Below, one piece after another: positions 21,895-31,554 of a DNA stretch of 64,000 nt; the first letter of the stretch is position 1, and each line of letters begins with the position of its first letter. The notes under the pieces are model-generated. The model ran no database searches. It was not told the origin of the DNA and worked only from the letters and a program-made list of their open reading frames with translations. The position numbers and the translations under genes are program-made. The stretch is taken from the IMG/VR virus record IMGVR_UViG_3300035698_029839, positions 124,001 through 188,000 of that record. One strand, 5' to 3'.

Positions 21895-21919
21895 TAGAAT
21901 AATAGAATAATAGAATAAT
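21885..21919. repeat. octamer tandem repeat (AATAGAAT) x4
   Basis: Direct reading. Confidence 0.8.
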
Positions 21920-22146
21920 TTGTTTAAAAAGGTTATGTCATGAAAGAAATAGAAAGTAATAATTTTACATATACACAAAAAGATATTATGGTAGGTAATA
22001 GAAAAAGAAATATTATTATTATCGATAAGAAACCAGGTGTTAATCTTGGAGAAAATAAGATTTCGAATACGACTTCTTCTAAAAACAAAACTGTAACAAT
22101 AAGAAAAAAAAGATGTGGCGGTTGTGGAAGAAGAAGGAAGGGATAA

Positions 22147-24600
22147 GTGGATAAGGATTTAATTTTATCATCTTTAAAAAAAATAAGATCTTTGTTTTCT
22201 TATGTGGTTGATTGTCCAGATAAGTTACTAGGAGATCTTGCGTCTATAATCCCCGCCAGACATATGATATATCCTTGTGATATTATAGATTTGAGAAATT
22301 TTCTTATTAAAGATAGAATTGTTTCCTCTAATCCTATTTTATTGTTTTCTAATCAATTTGCTGAGAAATATTTAAAAGATCACTCTTTATTTTTGGTATT
22401 AGATTCTGAAAAAACAGGGGTAGATAATGATAGGTATGGAGGTTTGCAATTAAATTATTGTGAAGAGCTAGATATTACTAAACTTATTGTGAGGATTATA
22501 GTTAATGAACCTGCTGCTTCTGGATCTTTTAATGAGATAAAAGATATGGTTAAGGAGTTTGGGTTGGAAGTGGAATGTCTAATATCTAATAGTGTGCCAG
22601 GAATTTCTTTTCCAAATAAAAAATTATCATATAGTGTTACTCATAAAAAAGCACAAAGAATAATAGGAAAACATTCTGATCTTCCTCTTTCTCCAAAAGA
22701 AAAAAATATCTTTGAATTTTTAAGAAGAGTTAAAAAAGATAATGGTCTTAATGTCCAAATGAGAGTAGCAGGTGGATGGGTTAGAGATAAACTTCTCGGT
22801 CAAGAAAGTGATGATATAGATATTGCTGTTGATATGCCAGGATATGATTTTGCTAAGATAGTGGCTGCCGATGCTGTTAAAAATAATATAACACATGATC
22901 CTAGAGCTTATAGAGTTAGTCTGGAAAAGTCAGCAGATCCTAATGAGATAGGTATGGCTAATGATGATTTAATGGTAGGTGCTGTTTCTTTATTCGGCCA
23001 AAAAATAGAATTTGTTCCTATGAGAACAGAACATTATCCAGATATTAATAGTCGTCAGCCAACTATTGCTCTTACTAATGACCCAAGAGAAGATGTAAAG
23101 AGAAGAGACCTTACTATTAACTCTATTTATTATAATATTGATACAGGACAAATAGATGATTTTGTAGGCGGGGTAAAAGATTTAGGGTTAGAAGATGGAG
23201 AAATGAATTTAAGAACACCTGATAAAACTAAAAAAACTTATACGGAAGACCCATTAAGATTATTAAGGGCATTACGTTTTCATAGTCGTTATCCTAACAG
23301 TGTATTAGATCCTAAGATTATAGAATCTATGTCTGATCCTAATATCCAAGAAGCATATACAAAAAAAGTTGCTACAGAAAGGGCTGGTCCTGAAATAGTT
23401 AAAATGATGATGGGAGAAAATCCTATCGACTCTATTAAAATTTTATTTGATAGTGGTTTATATAAGAATATTTTTAAAGTTCCTTCGATGGAAGATCTTA
23501 ATGAAGAAGGTATTCATATGGAACAACAAACTCCTTATCACCAATATAATTTAAAAGATCATACTATCGAAGTAGTGAAAAATTTAAATAATATTATGAA
23601 AGATAATGGAGAGAGTGATTACATGAGGGGTCTTATGAATGTTGCTGCTTTATTTCATGATTTTGGAAAAATGAAAAGTGGAGTGCAAAAACCTCATCCT
23701 AAGAATAAAGGGCAAATGCAATATATAGGGCATGAAATAGAATCAACAAAGATGGCTAATGAAATATTAAAATCCATAGGGGTGGGAAAAGATGATAGAG
23801 ATATAGTAAATCAAGTTATTAGTTTGCATATGAGGCCTCATGGTGCTGAGAAATGGGGCCTAAAAGGTAAGGGTAATTTTCTTAGGAAAACAAGAATGCA
23901 TGGTAAGGATGAAGAGCATAAAGATTTATGGAAATATGTTTTGAATTTTAATAAAGCTGATGAGATGTCTTCTCAACCTGATAATTTTGATGAGGCAAAA
24001 TGGCAGAGTAAATATGATAATATTAGAAATTTTGTAGAAAGTCCTACAGGTGTATTTAAAGGAACGGTTTTGAATGGAAAGGATATCATGACTATATTTC
24101 CCGATTTAAATCCATCAACAGGGTATATTAAAGAAGTTCTTAATTTTATTAAAGAGAAACAAGATGAAGGGATAATTAATGTTGCTGCAGATTTAGAAGA
24201 GGCAAAACAGGAAGCATTCAATCAAATTAATATAATAGCTTCATCTATAAGAGATAAATATGGTTATAAGGGAGAGGAAAATAAAATGGGATCTAATTGG
24301 TATAAAAAGGTAAAGACTTCACAAATAGCTCCATTGACTAATAATGTTAAAGATAAAGAAATGGATGCAGAAATAAAAAAAGGTCCTAATGAAGCTCTTC
24401 CAAAATATCATGTGGGTATGAGGGTTAGAGATAGAAGAAAATCTATCTCTCAAGAACAGACTTACGGGAAAGTAGAACAAATAAAAGACAATAAAATAAA
24501 AATAGTTTGGAACTTCGACAATAAAGAAAAAAGACAAGAAGAAATTCTTGACATGGTGGAGAATACAGAAATATTATCTTTAATTGTATCGGAGATATAA
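22147..24600 (+). CDS. cca: CCA-adding tRNA nucleotidyltransferase with HD domain and N/C extensions
   Basis: AGGWVRD, DIDI, RRDLTIN, EDPLRLLRALRF, ER, HDFGK. Confidence 0.9.
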   Translation: MDKDLILSSLKKIRSLFSYVVDCPDKLLGDLASIIPARHMIYPCDIIDLRNFLIKDRIVSSNPILLFSNQFAEKYLKDHSLFLVLDSEKTGVDNDRYGGLQLNYCEELDITKLIVRIIVNEPAASGSFNEIKDMVKEFGLEVECLISNSVPGISFPNKKLSYSVTHKKAQRIIGKHSDLPLSPKEKNIFEFLRRVKKDNGLNVQMRVAGGWVRDKLLGQESDDIDIAVDMPGYDFAKIVAADAVKNNITHDPRAYRVSLEKSADPNEIGMANDDLMVGAVSLFGQKIEFVPMRTEHYPDINSRQPTIALTNDPREDVKRRDLTINSIYYNIDTGQIDDFVGGVKDLGLEDGEMNLRTPDKTKKTYTEDPLRLLRALRFHSRYPNSVLDPKIIESMSDPNIQEAYTKKVATERAGPEIVKMMMGENPIDSIKILFDSGLYKNIFKVPSMEDLNEEGIHMEQQTPYHQYNLKDHTIEVVKNLNNIMKDNGESDYMRGLMNVAALFHDFGKMKSGVQKPHPKNKGQMQYIGHEIESTKMANEILKSIGVGKDDRDIVNQVISLHMRPHGAEKWGLKGKGNFLRKTRMHGKDEEHKDLWKYVLNFNKADEMSSQPDNFDEAKWQSKYDNIRNFVESPTGVFKGTVLNGKDIMTIFPDLNPSTGYIKEVLNFIKEKQDEGIINVAADLEEAKQEAFNQINIIASSIRDKYGYKGEENKMGSNWYKKVKTSQIAPLTNNVKDKEMDAEIKKGPNEALPKYHVGMRVRDRRKSISQEQTYGKVEQIKDNKIKIVWNFDNKEKRQEEILDMVENTEILSLIVSEI

Positions 24601-24601
24601 A

Positions 24602-25492
24602 ATGTTACAAGCTGCATATGGGGGATATATTCTTGTTGATGAAGGAACGACAGATTATGTTGACATTCTTAATTATTATGAGCCAGGTTTTAATTTGATG
24701 TCACCATTAGAAATGTCTATTCCTAAAGTTGATCGTCTTTTTATTCTTATCAGGAAAAGAAGTGATGAAACAGGAGATAATTTTGAAAATCTGGAATATA
24801 CCGATGTTTCAGTTACTGCTGTTGATGCTACTAATGGGGAAAGTTTATCGGTCATAACTTCTAATAATAATGTGTACACACCGTGGAATCAAAATCCATC
24901 TGCCAATACTCCGATATTATTGCAAATTGATAGTCAGTTAGATATAGTTGATCCTATTTTAAGAGTTAGGGTTATAGATTGTAAGGTTAAAGATCTTACA
25001 GATGATAATTTTATAAATTTTAGAGTTGTTGTAGATGATGATCCCACTTCTTTGTATTTTAATTATATTCCTGTACATAGAAAAATATATTCAGATAGAA
25101 ATACATTTACTATTGCTGGTAGACAAGCTTATATAAAAATGAGGAGCGAAAGCGATGCTTATATTTTAGTGTCTCCTTATGCGTGGTTAAAAGAAGTAAC
25201 AAAAGATAAATTTGATTTTTCTTATCCACCCGATACATTTTATTATCAAAGGGAGGATACTTATAATAAGGAAGATTTTATTTTTTCTTTATCAGAATGG
25301 AGTCATTCTTTTATCACTGAGAATGTTTCAGTGTTAAATATTCCAAGTTATAAGAAAGTAGCTGTTATCCTAATAGATAACGCTATTTATGAAAATATTA
25401 AAAAAACAAGAGGTGGTGTGAGTTTAACGATGTCTATAACGGGAGAACTCAGCGGCATAGAAGATACGTTTATAATTAATTTTGCTACATAG
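24602..25492 (+). CDS. hypothetical beta-rich protein (possibly virion)
   Basis: ATG 24602 after GGAG. Confidence 0.55.
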   Translation: MLQAAYGGYILVDEGTTDYVDILNYYEPGFNLMSPLEMSIPKVDRLFILIRKRSDETGDNFENLEYTDVSVTAVDATNGESLSVITSNNNVYTPWNQNPSANTPILLQIDSQLDIVDPILRVRVIDCKVKDLTDDNFINFRVVVDDDPTSLYFNYIPVHRKIYSDRNTFTIAGRQAYIKMRSESDAYILVSPYAWLKEVTKDKFDFSYPPDTFYYQREDTYNKEDFIFSLSEWSHSFITENVSVLNIPSYKKVAVILIDNAIYENIKKTRGGVSLTMSITGELSGIEDTFIINFAT

Positions 25493-25503
25493 GGAGATAA
25501 ATA

Positions 25504-26016
25504 ATGGGGTGGTTTAAAGAATCTCAAAATAATGTTTTTGTAAAAAAGGTAAAAGATGTATTAAAAAATCATTCTTTTACTAAGGCAATAGCTAACTATT
25601 ATCATATTCCTATTGAGGAAGTAGATACTCATTTAGAAATAGAAGTATGCGATCTTCATGGTAAATTTGCTGAAGGCAATGGTAAATTAATTAGAATTGA
25701 TAAGAAATTATTGGAAGATGATTTTTTTAATGATAATTTTCATTTCATTATTCACGAATTCTTTCATTGGCTAAAAAGAAGGTCAGAAGATAAATTTTAT
25801 TTTAATGACTCAGAAGAGGTTCAGAGTTTTGTTTTACAAATGACTTGGAATTTAATAGGTGGAAAAAGTAAGGAAGAAGTAACTAGAAAAATTTATCCTA
25901 TCATTAAGGCTCATTTTAAGAATCAAGACAGATTTGAAAGCATATTTAAAGAGATGTTAAATAAAGCTATCAAATTATATGAGGTTTATAAAAAAGGAGG
26001 AGAATTTTCGATTTAA
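25504..26016 (+). CDS. HExxH zincin-like protein
   Basis: IHEFFHW plus downstream EE. Confidence 0.55.
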   Translation: MGWFKESQNNVFVKKVKDVLKNHSFTKAIANYYHIPIEEVDTHLEIEVCDLHGKFAEGNGKLIRIDKKLLEDDFFNDNFHFIIHEFFHWLKRRSEDKFYFNDSEEVQSFVLQMTWNLIGGKSKEEVTRKIYPIIKAHFKNQDRFESIFKEMLNKAIKLYEVYKKGGEFSI

Positions 26017-26046
26017 ATATAATTACAGATTTTTTATGGAGATATC

Positions 26047-26766
26047 ATGAAACGAATTAAAGTAACTCACTTTTTGCAAGATCCAGCACATTGTGCAGTT
26101 GCTGCCGCATCAACTATCGTGAATTTTTATAATCCAGATATAGATTACGAAAGTACTAAAAAAATAGCTTATAAGAAAATTAGTAAGAAAATAGCTGAAG
26201 GAGTAGGACTTGATTCTCCTGAGATTTGTACTCTTTTTAATCATCTTGGTTTTCATGATGTTTGTTTAATTACTAGTGATTTTTCATGTATAGATTATGC
26301 ATGGCGTAAATATGGTAAAAGAAAAATGAAAGAAGTTTTGCAGGAATCAATTAATCACAAAAAAGATAAAGAAGAAAAAAATTTAGTTAAAAGTCTTTAT
26401 AAGTGGTACACATTAAAGGGTTTTAATAATAATATTAAAATTGATTATAATTTTGGAAGATATATAAGGAAACAATTGAATCGAAGAAAGCCTCTTATTC
26501 TATCTTTTAATTGGACTATGTTTTTTAAATTTGCTCAAGAAGGAGATTTGGGGGCAGATTCAATTAATGGAGAATATCAAGAACATGCAGTTGTAGTAAA
26601 TGGCTATGACAAAAATGGAGTGTGGGTAGTTGACTCTCATCATAATTTTTATACCTATAATAGAAAAAAATATAGGAGAGGTTTCTATAAAATTTCTTGG
26701 GAAAATTTATTCACTTGCATGGGGCAAGGAGATGTTATTATACCTAACGATTATTATATTGAGTAG
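26047..26766 (+). CDS. C39-like (papain-fold) cysteine peptidase
   Basis: Q.P.HC, EHAVVVNGYD, VVDS catalytic pattern. Confidence 0.75.
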   Translation: MKRIKVTHFLQDPAHCAVAAASTIVNFYNPDIDYESTKKIAYKKISKKIAEGVGLDSPEICTLFNHLGFHDVCLITSDFSCIDYAWRKYGKRKMKEVLQESINHKKDKEEKNLVKSLYKWYTLKGFNNNIKIDYNFGRYIRKQLNRRKPLILSFNWTMFFKFAQEGDLGADSINGEYQEHAVVVNGYDKNGVWVVDSHHNFYTYNRKKYRRGFYKISWENLFTCMGQGDVIIPNDYYIE

Positions 26767-26775
26767 AGAGATACA

Positions 26776-27822
26776 ATGGTGTTTAATAGATATGTAGAGG
26801 GGTTTGATCAGTGTGATTCACCTGTATGTCCTGAAGATGTTGTTATAACTGTTGTGGGGATTACATGTACGTCCAATAAAATATTATATATAGAATGGAT
26901 TGTTGAGGACAAGTTTGATAGAACAATTAATTTAAATTATGTGGCGTGGTCTTGTGATTCTTTTGATTTTGACAATACTTCTTATCCTACAAATAATACT
27001 CAACCTTATAAAACTTCCCTTAATGTCTCAACATACTCTGGTCTTATTTATTTAAAAGTAAAAGTAAGAATAGGTACAACTTTTGTTGACGGCGACAGCG
27101 AGACATTTGATACTGAATTATGCGGTGGAAGCGAGAAAAATTTAGCAGTCCCAGTAATATGGTGTGGAGATTGTCCTGATAGTATAGATTCCCCACCAGA
27201 GTATCTATTATATGTTAGGTCTTCTACTATTCTTTCATATCCTGTTTATTTTAGTTATGGAGGACTATGTTGGTATGCAGATAATAGTGATAATAAAATA
27301 TCCGTAGAAGAAATACCCCTTGGTTCTATTTTAATAGATGTCAGTACTATTTATTCATCTTGTGATGGTTGCTGTTTAAAATTAGATTGCCCTAGCCCAT
27401 GGACAGTGCTGCCAGCAGATGCTCAGTCATTTTCAGGAGAGACCTCGGGAGTTTTTTATTTTGAATATCAAACGTATGCTTGTCCTGATCAACTATATGT
27501 GGTTAAGAATTTTACAACAGCAGATTGCAATTCGGAAGGTCCTTATATTCCCCCTCCTGAAAAAATATTATTTAATACAGGTTGTGTTGCTACTAGCCTT
27601 GAAGACTGTCCGTCTTTCTTTGTTGGAACTCCTTCATGTATAGATCATAATAGTCCTACATATGGTTTTTGTTTGACTGTTAGAGAAAGTGATCTACCTA
27701 TAGGAATTGTAAATGATGGTGATTGTTATAGTGGCTGTACTACCTATTGGAGGATGTGTGCTGTAGATCCAGATGGGAATACTTCCAACTGGGAAGGTGA
27801 AAATGAGTGTGTAGAGGTATAA
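26776..27822 (+). CDS. Cys-rich protein, paralog of 29628..31076
   Basis: Shared blocks FNRYVEGFDQC, KILFNTGCVATSLEDCPSFFVGTPSCI. Confidence 0.75.
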   Translation: MVFNRYVEGFDQCDSPVCPEDVVITVVGITCTSNKILYIEWIVEDKFDRTINLNYVAWSCDSFDFDNTSYPTNNTQPYKTSLNVSTYSGLIYLKVKVRIGTTFVDGDSETFDTELCGGSEKNLAVPVIWCGDCPDSIDSPPEYLLYVRSSTILSYPVYFSYGGLCWYADNSDNKISVEEIPLGSILIDVSTIYSSCDGCCLKLDCPSPWTVLPADAQSFSGETSGVFYFEYQTYACPDQLYVVKNFTTADCNSEGPYIPPPEKILFNTGCVATSLEDCPSFFVGTPSCIDHNSPTYGFCLTVRESDLPIGIVNDGDCYSGCTTYWRMCAVDPDGNTSNWEGENECVEV

Positions 27823-27872
27823 GTTTTTCAAATGGTAAATAATTAATATATTAAATAGTAAAGAAATAATAT

Positions 27873-27959
27873 ATGGCGTTTAACAAACATATAGAAGAGT
27901 TTGATCAGTGTGAACCATCCGTATGTTCTGAAGATGTTAATAGAAAAGTTATTTTGTAA
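27873..27959 (+). pseudogene. truncated third copy of the Cys-rich gene 5' end (28 aa)
   Basis: MAFNKHIEEFDQCEPSVCSEDV aligns with both paralog N-termini. Confidence 0.7.
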
Positions 27960-27972
27960 AAAGGAATTAAAA

Positions 27973-29616
27973 ATGTTGGATTGTCAAAAAGAAACAAAAA
28001 ATAAAGATATGTTTATTTGTAAGAAATTAGTAGAGAGAACTAATTATGATGATTTTAAAATTCATAAAATGAGTTGTGAACAATGTCAAAAAGTCGAAGA
28101 TCGTGACCAATTTCTATCGCGATTAGAAGAGGGATTTTATATCCAAACCCTGTTGATGCTGGATCGTAAGGATTATGTAGATGATGCAAAAAAATATATC
28201 ATTAATTGTGATAATGAAAAAGTAAGTAAAAGACTTATGCATACTTTATCTACTTTTCTCTATAAAGTTTTTATAAATAAGAATGAAATTGAGCAAAAAG
28301 AATATTTTTTAAAGAATATAAAAAGTTTAGGTATAAAAGAATTTGATGAATTTTTAGAAGATGAAGAAAATATATATTTTTATTTTAAAAATCAAATGTT
28401 ATCTGCTTTGAAAAATCATCAAGATATTGTTGAAAAAAATATAAAACAAGCAGTAGCACTTTTACTCTATAAAAAAGAATTAGTTGAAAGATTAATAGAA
28501 GAAGAAAGAGATAAATTCAGTGAATTATTTCTTGAAGATATTAAAAAATCTTTTAAAGAACAAGATTCTAATATTCGGAAGAAATTAGAAGATTCTAATT
28601 ATAGACCTACTTTAAAAGTTTCCTTAAAAGATAAAATAAAAGGGATAAAGGGGGCATTTAAAAGGATTAAAGATGTGGCCAAGAAAGAGGGTAAAGAAGC
28701 TTTATGGGTTGATGAAAAAGAAGCTCAAGAAAGAGTGGTTTGTTGCTCTACTTGTACAGAGGGAGGAAGTTGTCCTTATTGCGGTTGCCAAATAAAAAAG
28801 TCATGGTTTATGCCATTAGGTAAATCAGAATTAACTACAGAAGGATGTCCTAATCCTAATACTTATCCTCATCTTAAAAGATTCCCCCCTAAAAATTATT
28901 GGGAAGTATGTAATGAAAAAACGTCTGTTATTATTTCCGCGAAAAATGAAAAATATTTAAACAGGACTATTAATGATTTAATAGAAAAGTCTACAGGAGA
29001 TATAGAAATAATAGTAGGATTAGATGGATGTAAATACGATATTGTAGAAAATGAAATAGTTACTGTGTTTCAACGTAATAAATCTGTGGGTAGGAGAAAT
29101 ATATCTAATCAATTAGTTAATCTATCAACTGGTAAATATTTATTCGAAATAGATGCTCATTGCTCTATATCCTATGGATGGGATACTAAACTTAAATGTG
29201 TTTGTGATGACAATACTATTGTTGGATGCTCTGTAAACGCTTTAAATGAAGATTCATGGGAAGGTAATGATGATAGGTGGGTGGGTGGTAAAATAGTTGA
29301 TGATATTAAATGGAATTGGGATAAAATAAATAAAGAAGAAATGAATAAAACAGAAGAAGTAGAAAGTTTTAATTCCTGTGGATGGATGATTAGAAGAGAT
29401 TCTTTTGATGTATTAGGTGGTCACGATGAAGAATTAGGAGAATGGGGATGGGAGAATGTGGAATTTACATTAAAGAATAAAAATAATGGTGGCAAAATTA
29501 TTGTAAGAACAGATGTGATCGTTTCTCATTTGTTCAGAGAAGATTATCCCTATGAAATAAAAGGAAAGAAGTACGATGAAGTAATAAAAATATTTAAGAA
29601 TAAAAATTATTTATAA
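27973..29616 (+). CDS. GT-A glycosyltransferase, polypeptide GalNAc-transferase-like, with helical N-terminus and Cys cluster
   Basis: SVIISAKNE, EIDAHC..GW, GGHDE....WGWENVE, SHLFR..PY; start ATG 27973 after AAGGA. Confidence 0.75.
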   Translation: MLDCQKETKNKDMFICKKLVERTNYDDFKIHKMSCEQCQKVEDRDQFLSRLEEGFYIQTLLMLDRKDYVDDAKKYIINCDNEKVSKRLMHTLSTFLYKVFINKNEIEQKEYFLKNIKSLGIKEFDEFLEDEENIYFYFKNQMLSALKNHQDIVEKNIKQAVALLLYKKELVERLIEEERDKFSELFLEDIKKSFKEQDSNIRKKLEDSNYRPTLKVSLKDKIKGIKGAFKRIKDVAKKEGKEALWVDEKEAQERVVCCSTCTEGGSCPYCGCQIKKSWFMPLGKSELTTEGCPNPNTYPHLKRFPPKNYWEVCNEKTSVIISAKNEKYLNRTINDLIEKSTGDIEIIVGLDGCKYDIVENEIVTVFQRNKSVGRRNISNQLVNLSTGKYLFEIDAHCSISYGWDTKLKCVCDDNTIVGCSVNALNEDSWEGNDDRWVGGKIVDDIKWNWDKINKEEMNKTEEVESFNSCGWMIRRDSFDVLGGHDEELGEWGWENVEFTLKNKNNGGKIIVRTDVIVSHLFREDYPYEIKGKKYDEVIKIFKNKNYL

Positions 29617-29627
29617 AGATAAGTATA

Positions 29628-31076
29628 ATGGCATTTAATAGATATGTAGAGGGGTTTGATCAGTGTGAGCCTCCCGTATGTCCTGAAAACGTTGTTGTAG
29701 AAATTGTAAGCACTATTTGTACAGAAGATAAAGTATTACATGTAGGGTGGAGTGTAGCTGATGCATTTAACAGAAGTTTAAGTTCTAATGTAATTTTATG
29801 GTCTTGTGGCAATCAAGATTTTAATAATACTTCTTATCCTACAAATAATACCGAACCGTATAAAACTTCATTTGATATATCGGGTTGTTCTGGTGTTATT
29901 TATTTAAAAGCAAGGATTAGAATAGGTACAACTTTTGTAGAGGGTGATACGGAGACATTTAACACTGAATTATGCGGTCATGGCGGCGGCCCCGAGGAAA
30001 ATTTGGCAGTTCCAGCTATGCAGTGTGACAATTGTTCCAATGGAATACAACTAGAGGGTCTGTTATATGTCAAATCTTCTACTATTCCTTCTTACCCTGT
30101 TTATTTTAGTTATGTGGGAATATGTTGGTATATAAATAGTAATGATAATGAAATATCTATAGGAGATTTACCAGTTGGTTCTATTTCTATGGACATTACC
30201 ACTACTTACTCTTCTTGTGAAGATTGTTGTTTACAAATAGATTGCCCCAGTCCTTGGGTAGAAACAGAGGATGGTACTGAAATGATAGGAACTTATTATT
30301 TTGAATATCAAACGTATGCTGTTCCTGATCGGATATACGTAGTTAAGAATTTCGTAGAAGGAGAACAGTGTATTCGGGACGAAAAAAATGGGTGGTGGGT
30401 TATTAGCCCTCCCCCCCCTGAAAAAATATTATTTAATACAGGTTGCGTTGCTACTAGTCTTGAAGATTGTCCGTCTTTCTTTGTTGGAACTCCTTCGTGT
30501 ATAGAATGGGAATATCCTACATATGGTTTTTGTTTGACTGTTAGAGAAAGTGATCTACCTATAGGTGTAGTCATTGACTGTGGTTGTGATACTATTTCTC
30601 ATACTTATTGGAGAGTATGTTCTATAACTCCTGATGGAGATACTCTTTCATGGGAAGGTGGGGACGAATGCTTATGTGTATCTGATGATATTTCAAGCTC
30701 AAGCAGCTCAAGCTCAAGTAGTTCAAGTAGTTCAAGTAGTTCAAGTAGTTCAAGTAGTTCAAGTAGTTCAAGTAGTTCAAGTAGTTCAAGTAGTTCAAGT
30801 AGTTCAAGTAGCTCAAGTAGTTCAAGTAGTTCAAGTAGTTCAAGTAGTTCAAGCTCAAGTAATGATTGCGATTGTACCCAGCCAGGATTATGTGAATCTG
30901 TGCCTAAACTATGGCTTGGTGGTAATTGTGATGGGGTTGGTGCTGGTGATTGTCCTCCAGGCATAGATGATTACTGTTTATCTCATCCAACATTTACGGA
31001 GCTTTGCTCATATAGAGATCCAACTTGTATTAGTCATGAGTGCTGGTATGCTACTGTTTGTCATTGTGATTGTTAA
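29628..31076 (+). CDS. Cys-rich protein with 56-residue poly-Ser linker and Cys-rich tail
   Basis: Paralog of 26776; Ser run then CDC..C..C domain. Confidence 0.8.
   Translation: MAFNRYVEGFDQCEPPVCPENVVVEIVSTICTEDKVLHVGWSVADAFNRSLSSNVILWSCGNQDFNNTSYPTNNTEPYKTSFDISGCSGVIYLKARIRIGTTFVEGDTETFNTELCGHGGGPEENLAVPAMQCDNCSNGIQLEGLLYVKSSTIPSYPVYFSYVGICWYINSNDNEISIGDLPVGSISMDITTTYSSCEDCCLQIDCPSPWVETEDGTEMIGTYYFEYQTYAVPDRIYVVKNFVEGEQCIRDEKNGWWVISPPPPEKILFNTGCVATSLEDCPSFFVGTPSCIEWEYPTYGFCLTVRESDLPIGVVIDCGCDTISHTYWRVCSITPDGDTLSWEGGDECLCVSDDISSSSSSSSSSSSSSSSSSSSSSSSSSSSSSSSSSSSSSSSSSSSSSSSSSSSSSSSNDCDCTQPGLCESVPKLWLGGNCDGVGAGDCPPGIDDYCLSHPTFTELCSYRDPTCISHECWYATVCHCDC
30693..30860 (+). repeat. (TCAAGTAGT)n repeat encoding poly-serine
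   Basis: 168 nt, 9-nt period, 56 Ser codons. Confidence 0.95.
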
Positions 31077-31554
31077 TAGTTATTTTTAATTTATAAAAAA
31101 TTTTTATAGAAATATAAATATTGGAGATTATGATAAATTTAAAAGATATTCTTAAAAAATATTTTGACAGAAATAAAAAATATTTATTGTCAGATAATGT
31201 TGTTCATGAAATGAATGGAGTAGTTCTTTATAGGTCACAAAATCAAATATTTGATTTTCATTCTTCTCTTATAGAAGAAATTAAGGCTTATTGTAAAGAT
31301 AATGGTTTTGAGCAAGTTGATAAAATTATCTTTTTATCTTCTTATGATATAGATATTCATGAGACTCCTGCAATAAAATTAAAAATGGAAGGACATTCAA
31401 GAATAAAAATAATTAAAGAGCATGGAGATACTATAGTATTAGTATGTATTTGCGAAAGTGTAAATATTAAAGAAAGATGGCAAGAATATGTGTGATAATA
31501 GTGGCTAGTTATATGACGAAAAATGTTTTTAAGTTATTATAAAAGAGAATAAAA

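Noticed and set aside
21885-21919. Octamer repeat as a third TRAP-like site
   Set aside because: Only four units at 8-nt period, consistent with slippage at a gene end.
26047-29616. Glycocin-type RiPP cluster (C39 + GT + Cys peptide)
   Set aside because: No ABC transporter or double-glycine leader; the 28-aa peptide is a truncated paralog fragment.
26776-30690. Diversity-generating retroelement TR/VR pair
   Set aside because: Differences between the copies are largely synonymous C/T changes, not adenine-specific, and no reverse transcriptase is in the window.
30605-30966. LLE-, NYL- and VVQ-repeat ORFs
   Set aside because: Alternative-frame shadows of the 9-nt poly-Ser repeat.
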